From Gemmatimonadota bacterium (lineage in GTDB: Bacteria; Gemmatimonadota; Gemmatimonadetes; Gemmatimonadales; GWC2-71-9): 64,000 nucleotides of DNA. The notes under the pieces were generated by a model. That model was not told the DNA's origin and ran no database searches. It saw nothing but the letters and a program-made list of their open reading frames with translations. Positions 49,083-60,040 of this stretch are shown piece after piece. Location: the NCBI GenBank assembly GCA_036679605.1, contig JAZDCZ010000102.1, positions 18,152 to 82,151 on the forward strand, read 5' to 3'. The position numbers were made by a program, and so were the translations under genes. Numbering within the stretch: the first letter of the stretch is position 1; each line of letters opens with the position of its first letter.

Positions 49083-49379
49083 GTGGCGATCACGTTTCTC
49101 GGACGCGGCACCGAGGATGTATACGACGGTGTCAACTCCAAGGCGGCCCGCAAGGTCTGCCCTGCTGAACTTGTCCGGCAAACTCGGTCGAAGCTCTTCC
49201 TGATCGACGACGCCGAGTCCGTGCAGGACCTCAAGATGCCTCCGGGAAACCGGTTAGAGGCGCTAAAGAGAGATCGACGCGGACAGTACAGCATACGGAT
49301 CAACGATCAATTCCGGATCTGTTTCCGTTGGACGGACGCAGGAGCCAGGAATGTGGAGATCGTCGACTACCATTCCTGA
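49083..49379 (+). CDS. higB: HigB (RelE/ParE-family) toxin
   Basis: PPGNRLEALK, GQYSIRINDQFRICFRW and VEIVDYH motifs. Confidence 0.95.
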   Translation: MAITFLGRGTEDVYDGVNSKAARKVCPAELVRQTRSKLFLIDDAESVQDLKMPPGNRLEALKRDRRGQYSIRINDQFRICFRWTDAGARNVEIVDYHS

Positions 49380-49383
49380 GGAG

Positions 49384-49716
49384 ATGGAAACAATGGTTAG
49401 AGTACCGACCCATCAACAGCCGACTCATCCGGGCGAGATGCTTCTCGATGAATTCCTTGAACCTCTTGGAATCACGCAGACTGAACTGGCCAAGCGTATT
49501 GACGTTCCGTTCCAGAGGGTCAACAGTCTCGTGAACGGGCGGCGTGCGCTCACGCCGGACACAGCGCTGCGACTCTCCCGTGTCTTTGGCACGAGCCCTG
49601 GCTTTTGGATGAACCATCAACTCAGATGGGACCTCTATCACGCGCATCTGGAAGCCAATGTCGATCTGAAGAAGATCAAGCCGCTCCGCAGAAAAGACTT
49701 GGCAAGAACGGGCTAA
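49384..49716 (+). CDS. higA: HigA antitoxin (HTH)
   Basis: PTHPGEMLLDEFLEPLGITQ, TALRL and FWMNHQ motifs. Confidence 0.95.
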   Translation: METMVRVPTHQQPTHPGEMLLDEFLEPLGITQTELAKRIDVPFQRVNSLVNGRRALTPDTALRLSRVFGTSPGFWMNHQLRWDLYHAHLEANVDLKKIKPLRRKDLARTG

Positions 49717-49817
49717 TATACGCACGCCACTAATATCCATAAGGCCTCCGGCTCATGGTCGCGCAGACCTAGCGCCAGCCGTTCCCACACTGCACCTTGG
49801 ATCAGCAAGGAGATCTC

Positions 49818-50411
49818 ATGGATCGACGTGACGTGATGCGAGCGCTCGGCGCAGGCCTTGTTCTGCCGATGCTGCGGGGATTCTCGCCCGAACAACTTAA
49901 CGCGGCCGCTGCCAAGATTCGCGATCGACTTCCCAGTCGATTGCCGGGCTACAAACCGATCCTGCTCGGTGAACTTCAGTATCAGACCGTTACGGTCATT
50001 GCCGAACATATCCTCCCGGCGACCGACACACCGGGCGCGACCGATGCGGGTGTGGGCCCGTTCATCGACATGATGCTCGCAGAGTGGTACAAGACCGAGG
50101 ATCGCGACAAATTCCTCGAGGGACTGGCGAATCTCGACGACCGCAGCAGCAACATGTTCGGCGCGACATTCCTGAAACTCGGGGAGGCCAAACAAGTGGC
50201 GTTGCTGCACGGCCTAGACGCCGAGGTGACTGCGTTGCAAGACGCCGACCTGGAAACCGACTCGTACTTCTTCCACCGTATGAAGTGGCTCACTCTATTC
50301 GGCTATTACACCTCGGAGATCGGTCAAACTCAGGAGCTGCAGGCAGCCATCATTCCCGGCCACTACGATCCCTGCGCCCCGCTGAAACGTGACACCCCGG
50401 GAGAATGGTGA
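49818..50411 (+). CDS. Gluconate 2-dehydrogenase subunit 3 family protein (Tat)
   Basis: MDRRDV signal; ILPATDTPGATDAGV and GYYTSEIG motifs. Confidence 0.88.
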   Translation: MDRRDVMRALGAGLVLPMLRGFSPEQLNAAAAKIRDRLPSRLPGYKPILLGELQYQTVTVIAEHILPATDTPGATDAGVGPFIDMMLAEWYKTEDRDKFLEGLANLDDRSSNMFGATFLKLGEAKQVALLHGLDAEVTALQDADLETDSYFFHRMKWLTLFGYYTSEIGQTQELQAAIIPGHYDPCAPLKRDTPGEW

Positions 50412-52096
50412 TGCAACGCCGCGACTTCGACGCGATAGTCATCGGTTCCGGGATGACCGGCGGGTGGGCGGCCAAGGAGCTGACCGAGAAAGGACTCGAC
50501 ACACTCGTTCTCGAAGCGGGACCACCGATCGATCCCAATGTGGACTTCGTCGAACATGAGCCGGTCTGGAACTTCCGCTACCGCGGACTCGGAGACCGCC
50601 GTGCTCTTGATGCGACTCAACGAGTCCAGCGCACGTGCTACGCCTGCGACGAGGCGGCGAGCAAGTTCTTCGTCAACGACGTCGAGAACCCGTACACGCA
50701 CGATGAGGACAAGCCGTTTAGTTGGATTCGCGGCCGGCAGGTTGGCGGGCGTTCCATCATGTGGGCACGACAGTCGTACAGGTGGAGCGACCTCGACTTC
50801 GAGGCAAACGCCCGCGAAGGTATCGGGGTCGACTGGCCGATCCGCTACTCCGATCTTCAGCCGTGGTACGACTACGTGGAAGAGTTCGTCGGAGTAAGCG
50901 GCCGGGCCGAAGGGTTGCCGCAGCTCCCCGACGGAAAGTTTCTGCCGGCAATGCCGTTGAGCTGCCCGGAAGCATTCTTGCGTGACGGAATGGCGCAGCA
51001 CTTCGGCCGCGAACGCGTTCTCACCATTGGCCGCACGGCTGTTCTGACGGTCGATCACAAGGGCCGCGCGGCCTGTCACTACTGTGGCCCGTGCCACCGC
51101 GGGTGCATCACGCGATCGTACTTCAGCTCGGTCAACGCGACGCTTCCGGCAGCCGCGGCGACGGGTCACATGACACTACGGCCCAACAGCGTGGTTGCGA
51201 GCATTGTGTACGATGAGAAACGTGACCGGGCGTCCGGCGTCCACGTAATCGACCGGGAGACACAGGAGGAAGCCGAGTTCACCGGTCGAATCGTTTTCCT
51301 CTGCGCCTCGGCACTCGAGTCCGCGCGCATTCTGCTCAACTCGCAAACGGCGCGGTTCTCGTCAGGACTCGGCAACTCGAGCGGCGAGCTGGGTAAGAAC
51401 CTCATGGATCACACTATGGGCGGAGGTGCGCGCGCGTCGGTGCACGGTTTTGACGACAAGGACGTGTACGGACGTCGGCCGAATGGGATCTACATCCCGC
51501 GGTTCAGAAACGTGACGTCGTCCCATCCGGATTTCCTGCGGGGATACGGTTTCCAGGGCGGCGCAGGCCGACCAGGCTGGACTCGAGGAACTTCCCTGCC
51601 GGGTTTCGGTGCCGACTTCAAGCACGCTCTACGAACTCCTGGCCCTTGGAGAGCAACCTTCTACGGATTCGGTGAGTGCCTCCCACGAAGCGACAACTAT
51701 GTCGAGATCGACCACGAGAAGACCGACAAGTGGGGCATCCCAGCACTGCGCATTAACTGCACCTGGGGCGACAACGAGCGTGCCATGCTCCAGGATATGG
51801 CCGTCACTGCCGCCGAGATGCTGGAGGCAGGAGGCGCCAAAGAGATCGACACCTTTGTCGAAGACAACCCACCGGGACTCACCATCCATGAGATGGGAAC
51901 AGCCCGCATGGGACGTGACCCCACAACGTCTGTCCTCAACGCGCACAATCAGATGCACGACGTCAAGAACGTCTTCGTCACCGACGGGGCTGCGATGGCG
52001 TCATCGTCCTGTCAGAATCCTTCACTAACATACATGGCGCTAACAGCACGGGCATGTGACTACGCCGTAAAACGGATGAAGGCGCTGGAGCTGTAA
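50405..52096 (+). CDS. GMC-family FAD oxidoreductase (glycoside 3-dehydrogenase-like)
   Basis: GSGMTGG, CHYCGPCHRGC Fe-S motif, IHEMGTARMG and QNPSLT motifs. Confidence 0.9.
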   Translation: MVMQRRDFDAIVIGSGMTGGWAAKELTEKGLDTLVLEAGPPIDPNVDFVEHEPVWNFRYRGLGDRRALDATQRVQRTCYACDEAASKFFVNDVENPYTHDEDKPFSWIRGRQVGGRSIMWARQSYRWSDLDFEANAREGIGVDWPIRYSDLQPWYDYVEEFVGVSGRAEGLPQLPDGKFLPAMPLSCPEAFLRDGMAQHFGRERVLTIGRTAVLTVDHKGRAACHYCGPCHRGCITRSYFSSVNATLPAAAATGHMTLRPNSVVASIVYDEKRDRASGVHVIDRETQEEAEFTGRIVFLCASALESARILLNSQTARFSSGLGNSSGELGKNLMDHTMGGGARASVHGFDDKDVYGRRPNGIYIPRFRNVTSSHPDFLRGYGFQGGAGRPGWTRGTSLPGFGADFKHALRTPGPWRATFYGFGECLPRSDNYVEIDHEKTDKWGIPALRINCTWGDNERAMLQDMAVTAAEMLEAGGAKEIDTFVEDNPPGLTIHEMGTARMGRDPTTSVLNAHNQMHDVKNVFVTDGAAMASSSCQNPSLTYMALTARACDYAVKRMKALEL

Positions 52097-52097
52097 G

Positions 52098-52940
52098 ATG
52101 ATCGACCGTCGAACCTTTCTAGAAACCACAGGAGCTGCGAGCCTGGCATGCGCCGGACTAGCGCCCGATCTACTTCGAGCCACCGAAGCTAGACGCAGCA
52201 TCGACCGAATCGGCGTGCAGCTCTACACCGTGCGTTCCGAGATGCAGAAGAGTGTCGAGCGCACACTCGAGCGCGTCGCCGCAATCGGCTATCGCGAGGT
52301 CGAGTTCGCGGGATACTTCGAGCGATCACCCGAGCAGATACGATCGCTACTGGAAGCCAACGATCTCACCTCTCCGGCCACGCACATCCCACTCGAATTC
52401 CTCGAGCAGCGATGGCAGGAGACCTTGGACCTCGCCGAGGCGATCGGACACCAGTATCTCGTGGTCGCATGGATTCCGGAGGGACGGCGCACGACGATCG
52501 ACGACTATCGCCGAGTCGCCCAGCTCTTCAACCGGGCCGGCGCGGCGGCGCGCGCCAGAGGGCTTACTCTCGCCTATCACAACCACGACTTCGAGTTCGT
52601 GCCACTCCAAGGCGAAATTCCCTTCGACATTCTCACACGGGCGGCAGACCCCGACCTGGTCAAACTTGAGATGGATCTCTTCTGGGTAGTCAAAGGAGGC
52701 CACGACCCCCTCGAGTACTTCGAGCCACATCCCGACCGTATCCCATTGGTACACGTCAAGGACATGGATGCCGTCGGTAACATGGTGGACGTAGGCGCGG
52801 GACAGATCGACTTCGCTAAGATCTTTGCGAAGTGGGAAATCGTTGGAATCGAGCATTTCTTCGTGGAGCACGACACTCCGGCGAACCCGTTCGCGAGTAT
52901 CACAGCGAGTTATGAGTATCTGCGGGCGTTGAAGTTTTGA
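52098..52940 (+). CDS. Tat-exported sugar phosphate isomerase/epimerase-type TIM barrel
   Basis: DRRTFL signal; GVQLYTVR, YHNHDFEF, HVKD and VEHD motifs. Confidence 0.88.
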   Translation: MIDRRTFLETTGAASLACAGLAPDLLRATEARRSIDRIGVQLYTVRSEMQKSVERTLERVAAIGYREVEFAGYFERSPEQIRSLLEANDLTSPATHIPLEFLEQRWQETLDLAEAIGHQYLVVAWIPEGRRTTIDDYRRVAQLFNRAGAAARARGLTLAYHNHDFEFVPLQGEIPFDILTRAADPDLVKLEMDLFWVVKGGHDPLEYFEPHPDRIPLVHVKDMDAVGNMVDVGAGQIDFAKIFAKWEIVGIEHFFVEHDTPANPFASITASYEYLRALKF

Positions 52941-52974
52941 AGAGACTGTTCGAGAAGGCGGCAAGATACGACTC

Positions 52975-53838
52975 ATGAGTATCACGCGTCGACGCTTCGT
53001 CCAGCTCAGTAGCACGGCTGTTGCTGGAATGCTTGTGCCCTCCGACGTCCCAGGTGCTGCAGTCCCTGCCCTACGCTCTAGACTAAAGCAATCAGTATCG
53101 CGGTGGCCGTTCGAGTCAGTTCCCTTCGATCAGTTCTGCCGGGCAGCAAAGACCATGGGCCTCACAGCTATCGATCTCCTCGATGCACCGGACTGGGAAC
53201 GCGTGCGCGAGTACGGTTTGGTCTGCTCGATGGGCAACCCGACCAGTCGTTCCGATTTCATCCCGCGTGGCTTCAACGATCGCGCGAATCACTCACTTCT
53301 CCTGAAGGAACTCGAGGCTGCGATACCGTTAGCGACCACGCATAAGGTGCCCAACGTCATCACGATGTTCGGCAACAGGAACGGGCGAAGTGATGCAGAT
53401 GCCATCAAAGCCTGCATCGACGGACTTCGCGTCATTGCGCCGCTCGCTGAGGAGCACGGCGTCACAGTGTGCGTCGAGTTGCTCAACAGCAAGGTCGATC
53501 ACGCTGATTACCAGGGAGATCGGACCTGGTTTGGCGTTGAGGTAATCAAGGGTGTGGATTCCCCCAGGGTGAAACTCCTGTATGACATCTATCATATGCA
53601 GATAATGGAAGGCGACGTCATACACACGATCCGGGACAACTTCGACTTCATAGCGCATTTTCACACCGGCGGAGTTCCCGGACGGCACGAGCTGGACGGG
53701 AGCCAGGAACTCAACTGGCGGGCAATCGCGCTCGCCATCGCAGACCTGGAGTTCACCGGGTACTTCGCTCACGAGTTCGTGCCGACGCGCGACCCACTGA
53801 CCTCCCTGCGTGAAGCCGTGGCGATCTGCGACGTGTAG
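52975..53838 (+). CDS. Tat-exported hydroxypyruvate-isomerase-like TIM barrel
   Basis: TRRRF signal; ELLNSKVDH, LYDIYHMQIMEG and HFHTGGVPGRHE motifs. Confidence 0.88.
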   Translation: MSITRRRFVQLSSTAVAGMLVPSDVPGAAVPALRSRLKQSVSRWPFESVPFDQFCRAAKTMGLTAIDLLDAPDWERVREYGLVCSMGNPTSRSDFIPRGFNDRANHSLLLKELEAAIPLATTHKVPNVITMFGNRNGRSDADAIKACIDGLRVIAPLAEEHGVTVCVELLNSKVDHADYQGDRTWFGVEVIKGVDSPRVKLLYDIYHMQIMEGDVIHTIRDNFDFIAHFHTGGVPGRHELDGSQELNWRAIALAIADLEFTGYFAHEFVPTRDPLTSLREAVAICDV

Positions 53839-53892
53839 CGGCCCCACGATTCTCAGGGTACCTTCTCCGCAACACCCAGATCTCTACAGGAT

Positions 53893-55590
53893 GTGATGTC
53901 CATTCTTCCTCAACGTAAGAACTACGATGTCTGCATAGTCGGCTCCGGCGCCGGTGGCGGGATGACCGCCAAGGTGCTGACCGATGCAGGAGCTGACGTG
54001 GTGATGCTCGAGGCCGGTCCCATGTGGGACAACACCAAGGACTCGGCGATGTTCGCTTGGGGCTACGACTCACCGCGACGGGGCGCGGCGACCGCTGAGC
54101 GACAGTTTGGTGAGTTCAATGCGTCGCTGGGTGGATGGTCGCTGCCGGGCGAGCCCTACACCGCCGCTCCCGGCACTCGGTTCGACTGGTTTCGTTCCCG
54201 CATGCTGGGAGGCCGGACCAATCATTGGGGGCGGATCTCTCTGCGGTTCGGACCCGACGACTTCCGCCGTCGCACACTCCAGGGTCTCGGTGACGACTGG
54301 CCGATCGACTATGAAGATATCTCGCCGTATTACGACAAGGTCGATCGCTTCATCGGCGTCTTCGGAAGCAACGAGGGACTCCACAACGCACCCGACGGGC
54401 TGTTTCAACCGCCACCGAAACCGCGCTGCTGGGAACTTCTGATCCAGCAAGCGGCCGCGCAGCTCGATGTTCCTTGCATCCCATCGCGCCTTTCGATCCT
54501 GACTAGACCGCTGAACGGGCGTGCGGCTTGCCACTACTGCGGCCAATGCAATCGTGGCTGCAACACGAACGCGAACTTTACTTCCGGCAACGTGTTAGTG
54601 CTCCCTGCGATGGAGTCCGGCCGGCTCACGCTCCAGACAGGCGCCATGGTCCGCACGGTCACTACCGACCGCAACGGACTCGCCAACGGTGTGGTGTACG
54701 TCGACAAGGAGACTGGGCTCGAGCATCGAGTGGATGCGCGAATCGTGGTGCTGGCAGCGAGCGCGTGCGAGTCAGCACGGATTCTTCTTAACTCTCGGTC
54801 ATCGATCTTCCCTGACGGTCTGGCGAACTCGAGTGGAACCGCCGGCCGGTACCTGACAGACACCACAGGGACCGACGTCGCGGGTTTCATCCCCGCACTG
54901 ATGGATGGGATCCCCCACAACGAGGACGGCGTGGGCGGTGCACACCTCTACATGCCCTGGTGGTTAGACAACGACGCGCTCGGATTCCCACGCGGCTACC
55001 ATATTGAGATATGGGGCGGCCGTGGGATGCCGGGCTATGGTTTCATGGGGGACATCCATCGTTTCCCGCCGGGTGGCGGTTACGGCGAGAAGCTCAAAGA
55101 CGATTACAGACGTTACTACGGCTCGGTCGTTGGATTCTCCGGTCGCGGCGAGATGATCCCCAACGAACATTCGTACTGCGAGATCGATCCCAAGGTCGTT
55201 GATCAATGGGGTATCCCGGTGCTCCGCTTCCATTTCAAGTGGTCCGATTACGAGTACGACCAGGTCCGCCACATGCAGCAGACATTCCGTAACATCATTC
55301 GCGAGATGGGAGGCGAGCCTTTTGGCGACATGCCGACGCGCGAGAACGGATACGGCATCGCACCCGGCGGGCGGATCATCCACGAACTCGGCGTCACGCG
55401 GATGGGAAACAGTCCGTCCACCTCGGTACTCAACCAGTACTGCCAGGCACATGACGTGAAGAACCTATTCGTGACGGATGGCGGCCCGCTCGTCTCGCAA
55501 CCGGACAAGAATCCGACCTGGACGATACTCGCCCTCGCGTGGCGTGCGAGTGACTACATCATCGAACAACGACAGGCCGGTGCGCTGTGA
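53893..55590 (+). CDS. Second GMC-family FAD oxidoreductase
   Basis: GSGAGGG, CHYCGQCNRGC, IIHELG and KNPTWT motifs. Confidence 0.9.
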   Translation: MMSILPQRKNYDVCIVGSGAGGGMTAKVLTDAGADVVMLEAGPMWDNTKDSAMFAWGYDSPRRGAATAERQFGEFNASLGGWSLPGEPYTAAPGTRFDWFRSRMLGGRTNHWGRISLRFGPDDFRRRTLQGLGDDWPIDYEDISPYYDKVDRFIGVFGSNEGLHNAPDGLFQPPPKPRCWELLIQQAAAQLDVPCIPSRLSILTRPLNGRAACHYCGQCNRGCNTNANFTSGNVLVLPAMESGRLTLQTGAMVRTVTTDRNGLANGVVYVDKETGLEHRVDARIVVLAASACESARILLNSRSSIFPDGLANSSGTAGRYLTDTTGTDVAGFIPALMDGIPHNEDGVGGAHLYMPWWLDNDALGFPRGYHIEIWGGRGMPGYGFMGDIHRFPPGGGYGEKLKDDYRRYYGSVVGFSGRGEMIPNEHSYCEIDPKVVDQWGIPVLRFHFKWSDYEYDQVRHMQQTFRNIIREMGGEPFGDMPTRENGYGIAPGGRIIHELGVTRMGNSPSTSVLNQYCQAHDVKNLFVTDGGPLVSQPDKNPTWTILALAWRASDYIIEQRQAGAL

Positions 55591-55605
55591 TCGAGAGAGG
55601 AACCC

Positions 55606-56208
55606 TTGGCCAACATTAAGCGTCGTGAAGCCGTACGGCTCCTGCTCGCCGCATCAGGAGCTGCGGCATTCGCTTGGTCACCCGAAGAGACCGCCAGAGC
55701 CCACAGCGCGCTGCGCACCGCGCGCCGTGCCTCGGGCAGCTTCGAACCGCAATTCTTTACTGGTCACGAGTGGGACACGGTCGGGCTGCTGGTCAACATC
55801 ATCATTCCCCGCGATCGCCGCTCTGGGAGCGCAACCGATGCCGGCGTGCCGGAGTTCATGGATTTCATCATGCTTGACGGCGACAACGAGGAACGGCAGA
55901 CCGCAATGCGCGGCGGGCTCGCCTGGCTCGACATCGAATGCCGGGAACGCTTTGCGGCAGACTTCATCGACTGTTCGGAGCAAGAGCGTAGTGCCGTCCT
56001 CGACGATATCGCCTGGCCTCTGCAGGCGAGGCCAGAACTGAGTCACGGTGTGCAGTTCTTCAATTCCTTCCGAAACCTCACGGCCGGTGGCTTCTGGTCC
56101 AGCAAGATGGGCGTGATGGATCTCCAGTACATGGGAAACACGGCGCTTCCGGAATGGACCGGCTGCCCCGACGAGCAGTTGCGCAAGCTCGGCCTACTGG
56201 GCGGTTGA
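55606..56208 (+). CDS. Second gluconate 2-dehydrogenase subunit 3 family protein (Tat)
   Basis: IKRREA signal; SGSATDAGVPEF and GFWSSKMG...YMGN motifs. Confidence 0.88.
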   Translation: MANIKRREAVRLLLAASGAAAFAWSPEETARAHSALRTARRASGSFEPQFFTGHEWDTVGLLVNIIIPRDRRSGSATDAGVPEFMDFIMLDGDNEERQTAMRGGLAWLDIECRERFAADFIDCSEQERSAVLDDIAWPLQARPELSHGVQFFNSFRNLTAGGFWSSKMGVMDLQYMGNTALPEWTGCPDEQLRKLGLLGG

Positions 56209-56219
56209 GTCTCCAGCAT

Positions 56220-57415
56220 ATGACAAGCAAACGACTTGGCGTCGGCTTCGTCGGTAGCGGATTCAACACGAAGTTCCACCTCCAGGCCTGGGCCGGCGTG
56301 CGCGATGCCGACGTGTTGGGTGTCTGGAGTCCTAATCGTCGAAACGCGAGTACAGCAGCAACGCTGGCGCGGAAGCTCGACGTCGGCAAAGCGAAAGCCT
56401 ACAAGTCGATCACTGACATGGTCGCCGATCCCGCGATCGACGCGATCTGGTTGTGCGGCCCGAACCAGACTCGTATCGAGAACGTCGAGGAGATCGCGGA
56501 CTCCATCTTGCGTGGCAAGGGCTCGTTGCTCGGCATCGCCTGCGAAAAGCCGCTTGGCCGAACGGTCCGCGAGGCCAAGCAAGTCACCCGCCTAGTCAAG
56601 CGCGCGGGCCTCAAGCACGGCTACCTAGAGAACCAGGTGTTCGCGCCACAGGTGATGCACGGTCACTCGCTGCTCTGGGCACGGGGCGCGGCGCTCACGG
56701 GAAGACCGTATCTCGCTCGCGCGGCAGAGGAACACAGCGGCCCGCACATGCCATGGTTCTGGCAAGGCAAGCTTCAAGGCGGTGGTGTGCTGAACGACAT
56801 GATGTGCCACTCGGCGCTCGTGGTCCGGCACCTTCTTACTAAACCCGGCGCCCCGCTCTCGACGGTCAGGCCGAAGCGGATCACCGGACAGATAGCGAGC
56901 CTCAAGTGGACCCGACCGCGAAGCGACCCTCTGAAGACTTCGCCAGCGTCACGATCGAGTTCGAGACCGACGATGGTATGCTCGTCATCGGTGAGGCAAC
57001 GACCTCGTGGAGTTTCGTCGGTGCCGGTCTACGACTGTCCGCCGAACTCCTGGGACCGGAATACTCCATGGCCTGGAACACGCTCGACACCGGCCTCAAG
57101 TTGTTCTTCAGCCGCGAGGTAACGGGAAAGGCCGGCGAGGACCTGGTCGAGAAACAGAATGCGGAGGTCGGGCTCATGCCGGTGGTGGCAGGGGAGCCCG
57201 CCGCCTACGGATACGAGGCCGAGGACCGTCACTTCGTGCGCGCGTTCCTGGGCAAGGAGGAACCTCGGCTTACGTTCGACGACGGTATAGAGGTTGTCAG
57301 AATGCTGATGGCGGCGTACATGAGCGCTGAACGGGGACGAACACTGCCGTTCCCCCCGAAAGGGTTGGCGGCGTTCGTCCCCGCGGTCGCCCGAGGTACC
57401 TGGAAGCCGAGGTAA
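56220..57415 (+). pseudogene. Gfo/Idh/MocA oxidoreductase with a frame change near 56915
   Basis: First frame has GFVGSGF, CEKP, GGGVLNDMMCH up to LKWTRP; the protein continues as KRPSEDFASVTIEF in another frame. Confidence 0.8.
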
Positions 57416-58789
57416 CTAGAGGCTCCACCCCTCCCGATACTCGGGCTTCAGGTACTCTTCGGGAATCTGCACATTCGTGACCCGACCGGTCTGGGGGTCC
57501 AGCTCGAGCTTCCGACCCACTCTGACCGCGAGGTTACCCAGGAGTACCATCTCTGTGAGCGGACCCGCGTGTTTCGCGAAGTCGGACCCGCCGGTCGAGT
57601 TCCCGCCCTCTTTGCACGCGTCGATCCACTCGGCGTAGACGCTCTCGACTCGCGGATACTTCTCTGGCGGCGGAGAGTCTTGTATCTCCTCGTTCCGTTT
57701 CTCGTCGAGGATGCGCGCCCCGTTGCCGTATGCATCAGCGAGAAGCTTCCCGTCGTCACCGATCCACAACTGCCCACCGACGTTACCGAGCGGCCACACC
57801 TCTTCGTCTGAGAGTTCCGGTGGTCGAGCCGGGCCGAGGCTGCCGTCACGCCAGACCACCTTGACCGGCGCCCGGCCGCCGCGCTCGGGAAAGTGATATA
57901 CGATCCGAGAGGACTTGGGCGCTGTCTCTCGGAACAGGTCGGTCGATTCGGCCTCTACGCTCTCGGGGTAACGAAGATCCAACGTCCAGAACGCAGCGTC
58001 CATGGCGTGCGCCGCGATGTCTCCCAGTGCGCCGGTGCCGAAGTCCCACCAGCCGCGCCACCGGAACGGCGCGTAGGCAGGATGGTACGGACGTTCCCGC
58101 GCGGGGCCGAGCCATAGATCCCAGTCAAATGTTGTTGGTGCGTAGTGGACCTGCGTGGGGCGCTCGATCGCCTGGGGCCAAATGGGCCGGTTGGTCCAGT
58201 AGTGTACCTCTCTCACCGTGCCGATCGCTCCCGCCTCCACCCACTCGCGTATCTGACGGGTGCCGTCACCGGCATGTCCCTGGTTTCCCATCTGTGTGGC
58301 TACACCAGCCCGGCTCGCCTCCCGGACCACAGCCTGCACCTCGTAGATCGTCCTCGCCAAGGGCTTCTGGCAGTACGTATGTTTCTTCAGCTTGAGGGAC
58401 ATCATCGTTGCGGCAGCATGCACGTGATCGGGCGTCGACACCGTAACCGCATCGATGTTGTCTGCCTCTTTCTCCAACATCTCGCGAAAATCGCGATATC
58501 GCTTGGCCTTGGGATGTGAGCCGAACGAACTGCGCGCCGCCTTGAGGTCGACGTCGCATAGCGCATAGATGTTTTCCTTGCTCATCCCACGCACGTCTGT
58601 CCGACCCATGCCACCGACACCGATGCAGGCTACGTTCAGCGTGTCGCTCGGCGCCTGAAACCCGCGACCCAGCACATGCCTCGGAACGATGGTGAACACC
58701 GCACCGGCCGCTGCTACTTTCCCCACAAAATCCCTCCGCGATACCTCTTTCGACCCTCTCATCTTACGCTCTCCTGTTTCAACCACCAT
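57416..58789 (-). CDS. Tat-exported Gfo/Idh/MocA oxidoreductase
   Basis: SRRDFV signal; IGVGGMG, STPDHVH, CQKP and WRGWWDFGTGALGD motifs. Confidence 0.92.
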   Translation of the reverse strand: MVVETGERKMRGSKEVSRRDFVGKVAAAGAVFTIVPRHVLGRGFQAPSDTLNVACIGVGGMGRTDVRGMSKENIYALCDVDLKAARSSFGSHPKAKRYRDFREMLEKEADNIDAVTVSTPDHVHAAATMMSLKLKKHTYCQKPLARTIYEVQAVVREASRAGVATQMGNQGHAGDGTRQIREWVEAGAIGTVREVHYWTNRPIWPQAIERPTQVHYAPTTFDWDLWLGPARERPYHPAYAPFRWRGWWDFGTGALGDIAAHAMDAAFWTLDLRYPESVEAESTDLFRETAPKSSRIVYHFPERGGRAPVKVVWRDGSLGPARPPELSDEEVWPLGNVGGQLWIGDDGKLLADAYGNGARILDEKRNEEIQDSPPPEKYPRVESVYAEWIDACKEGGNSTGGSDFAKHAGPLTEMVLLGNLAVRVGRKLELDPQTGRVTNVQIPEEYLKPEYREGWSL

Positions 58790-58810
58790 TCTGTCATTCT
58801 CCGAACTCTG

Positions 58811-60040
58811 TCACGCCACATGTGGCGCAGCTTGCGAACTCTCTGTCGGGGACGCCGGACGAAACGCGACCGCAAAAAGCATCAGGACCAGCGCCGCACC
58901 CACCGCCGGTACGATCCATACGGACCGCCAATCGTGCTCCAGCGCGCCCGACACCTGTGCCAATCGGTAAGCCTCCACGACTTGCCCCGCGATCCACGAG
59001 CCAATGAACCATCCGACGCCCAACGTCACAAACGCAATGAACCCCTGTGCCGCCGCGCGAATACGCACGTCGGCCTTTTGATCGACGTAGATCTGCCCCG
59101 TGACGAAGAAGAAGTCGTAGCACACTCCATGGAGCAGGATCCCGGTATACAGCATCAAGATGCGGCCGTCCACATCACCGAAAGCAAACAGCACATACCT
59201 GAGCGTCCACGCCGCCATCCCGATCATCAGAATCCGCTTGACTCCCCAGCGCATCAGGAACCACGGCAGCAGCAGCATGAAGCAAATCTCCGACATCTGC
59301 CCCATCGTCATCTTGCTGGCCGGCGCCGACATCCCCACCTCGTTGAGGAAGAGATTCGTAAAGGCGTAGTAGAACTGTAGAGGAATGACGAGGAGGAACG
59401 AGCCGATGACGAAAATCGTGAACGATCTGTCCCGCATCAAGGCAAGCGCATCCAGACCCAACATGTCGCGAATACGGATGCGGCCGCCGACCGCCTTGGG
59501 TGGCGTGTGCGGCAGACCCAGGCAATACAGGCCGAGGACCACAGAGGCACCTGCCGCAATGCGCATCGGGATCGGCGTCGACTCAACACCCAGCCACCCC
59601 ACTGTCAGCCCGGCAACGATCCAACCGATGGTGCCGAGCACCCGGATCCGTGGAAAGTCCTTGGCTGGGTCATCGACATTGTGGAACGAGATGGAGTTGG
59701 TGAGCGCCAGGGTCGGCATGTACAGCAATGCATACGCGATCAGGATCAGGTAGAACGATCCAAAGTTGTCCACCGTCGACACCAGGTACATCACACCGCC
59801 CCCGGCGACATGCAGCAAGAAGAGAATCCGCTCCGTCGCGAAGAACCGATCGGCCACCATGCCGACGAAGAAGGGCGAGACCATCGCCGCGATCGCCGTC
59901 GTGCCGTAGGCCAGCCCGATTTGACCTCCATCGAAGCGCAGCGTCTGGCCGAGATATGTGCTCATCGTGACGGACCAGGCACCCCAGATGAAATACTGGA
60001 GGAACATCATCGCCGAGAGCCTGGCTCTGACGGCCCTCAT
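58811..60040 (-). CDS. MFS nucleoside:H+ symporter family permease
   Basis: [20 protein letters not shown] and [11 protein letters not shown] motifs. Confidence 0.9.
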   Translation of the reverse strand: MRAVRARLSAMMFLQYFIWGAWSVTMSTYLGQTLRFDGGQIGLAYGTTAIAAMVSPFFVGMVADRFFATERILFLLHVAGGGVMYLVSTVDNFGSFYLILIAYALLYMPTLALTNSISFHNVDDPAKDFPRIRVLGTIGWIVAGLTVGWLGVESTPIPMRIAAGASVVLGLYCLGLPHTPPKAVGGRIRIRDMLGLDALALMRDRSFTIFVIGSFLLVIPLQFYYAFTNLFLNEVGMSAPASKMTMGQMSEICFMLLLPWFLMRWGVKRILMIGMAAWTLRYVLFAFGDVDGRILMLYTGILLHGVCYDFFFVTGQIYVDQKADVRIRAAAQGFIAFVTLGVGWFIGSWIAGQVVEAYRLAQVSGALEHDWRSVWIVPAVGAALVLMLFAVAFRPASPTESSQAAPHVA

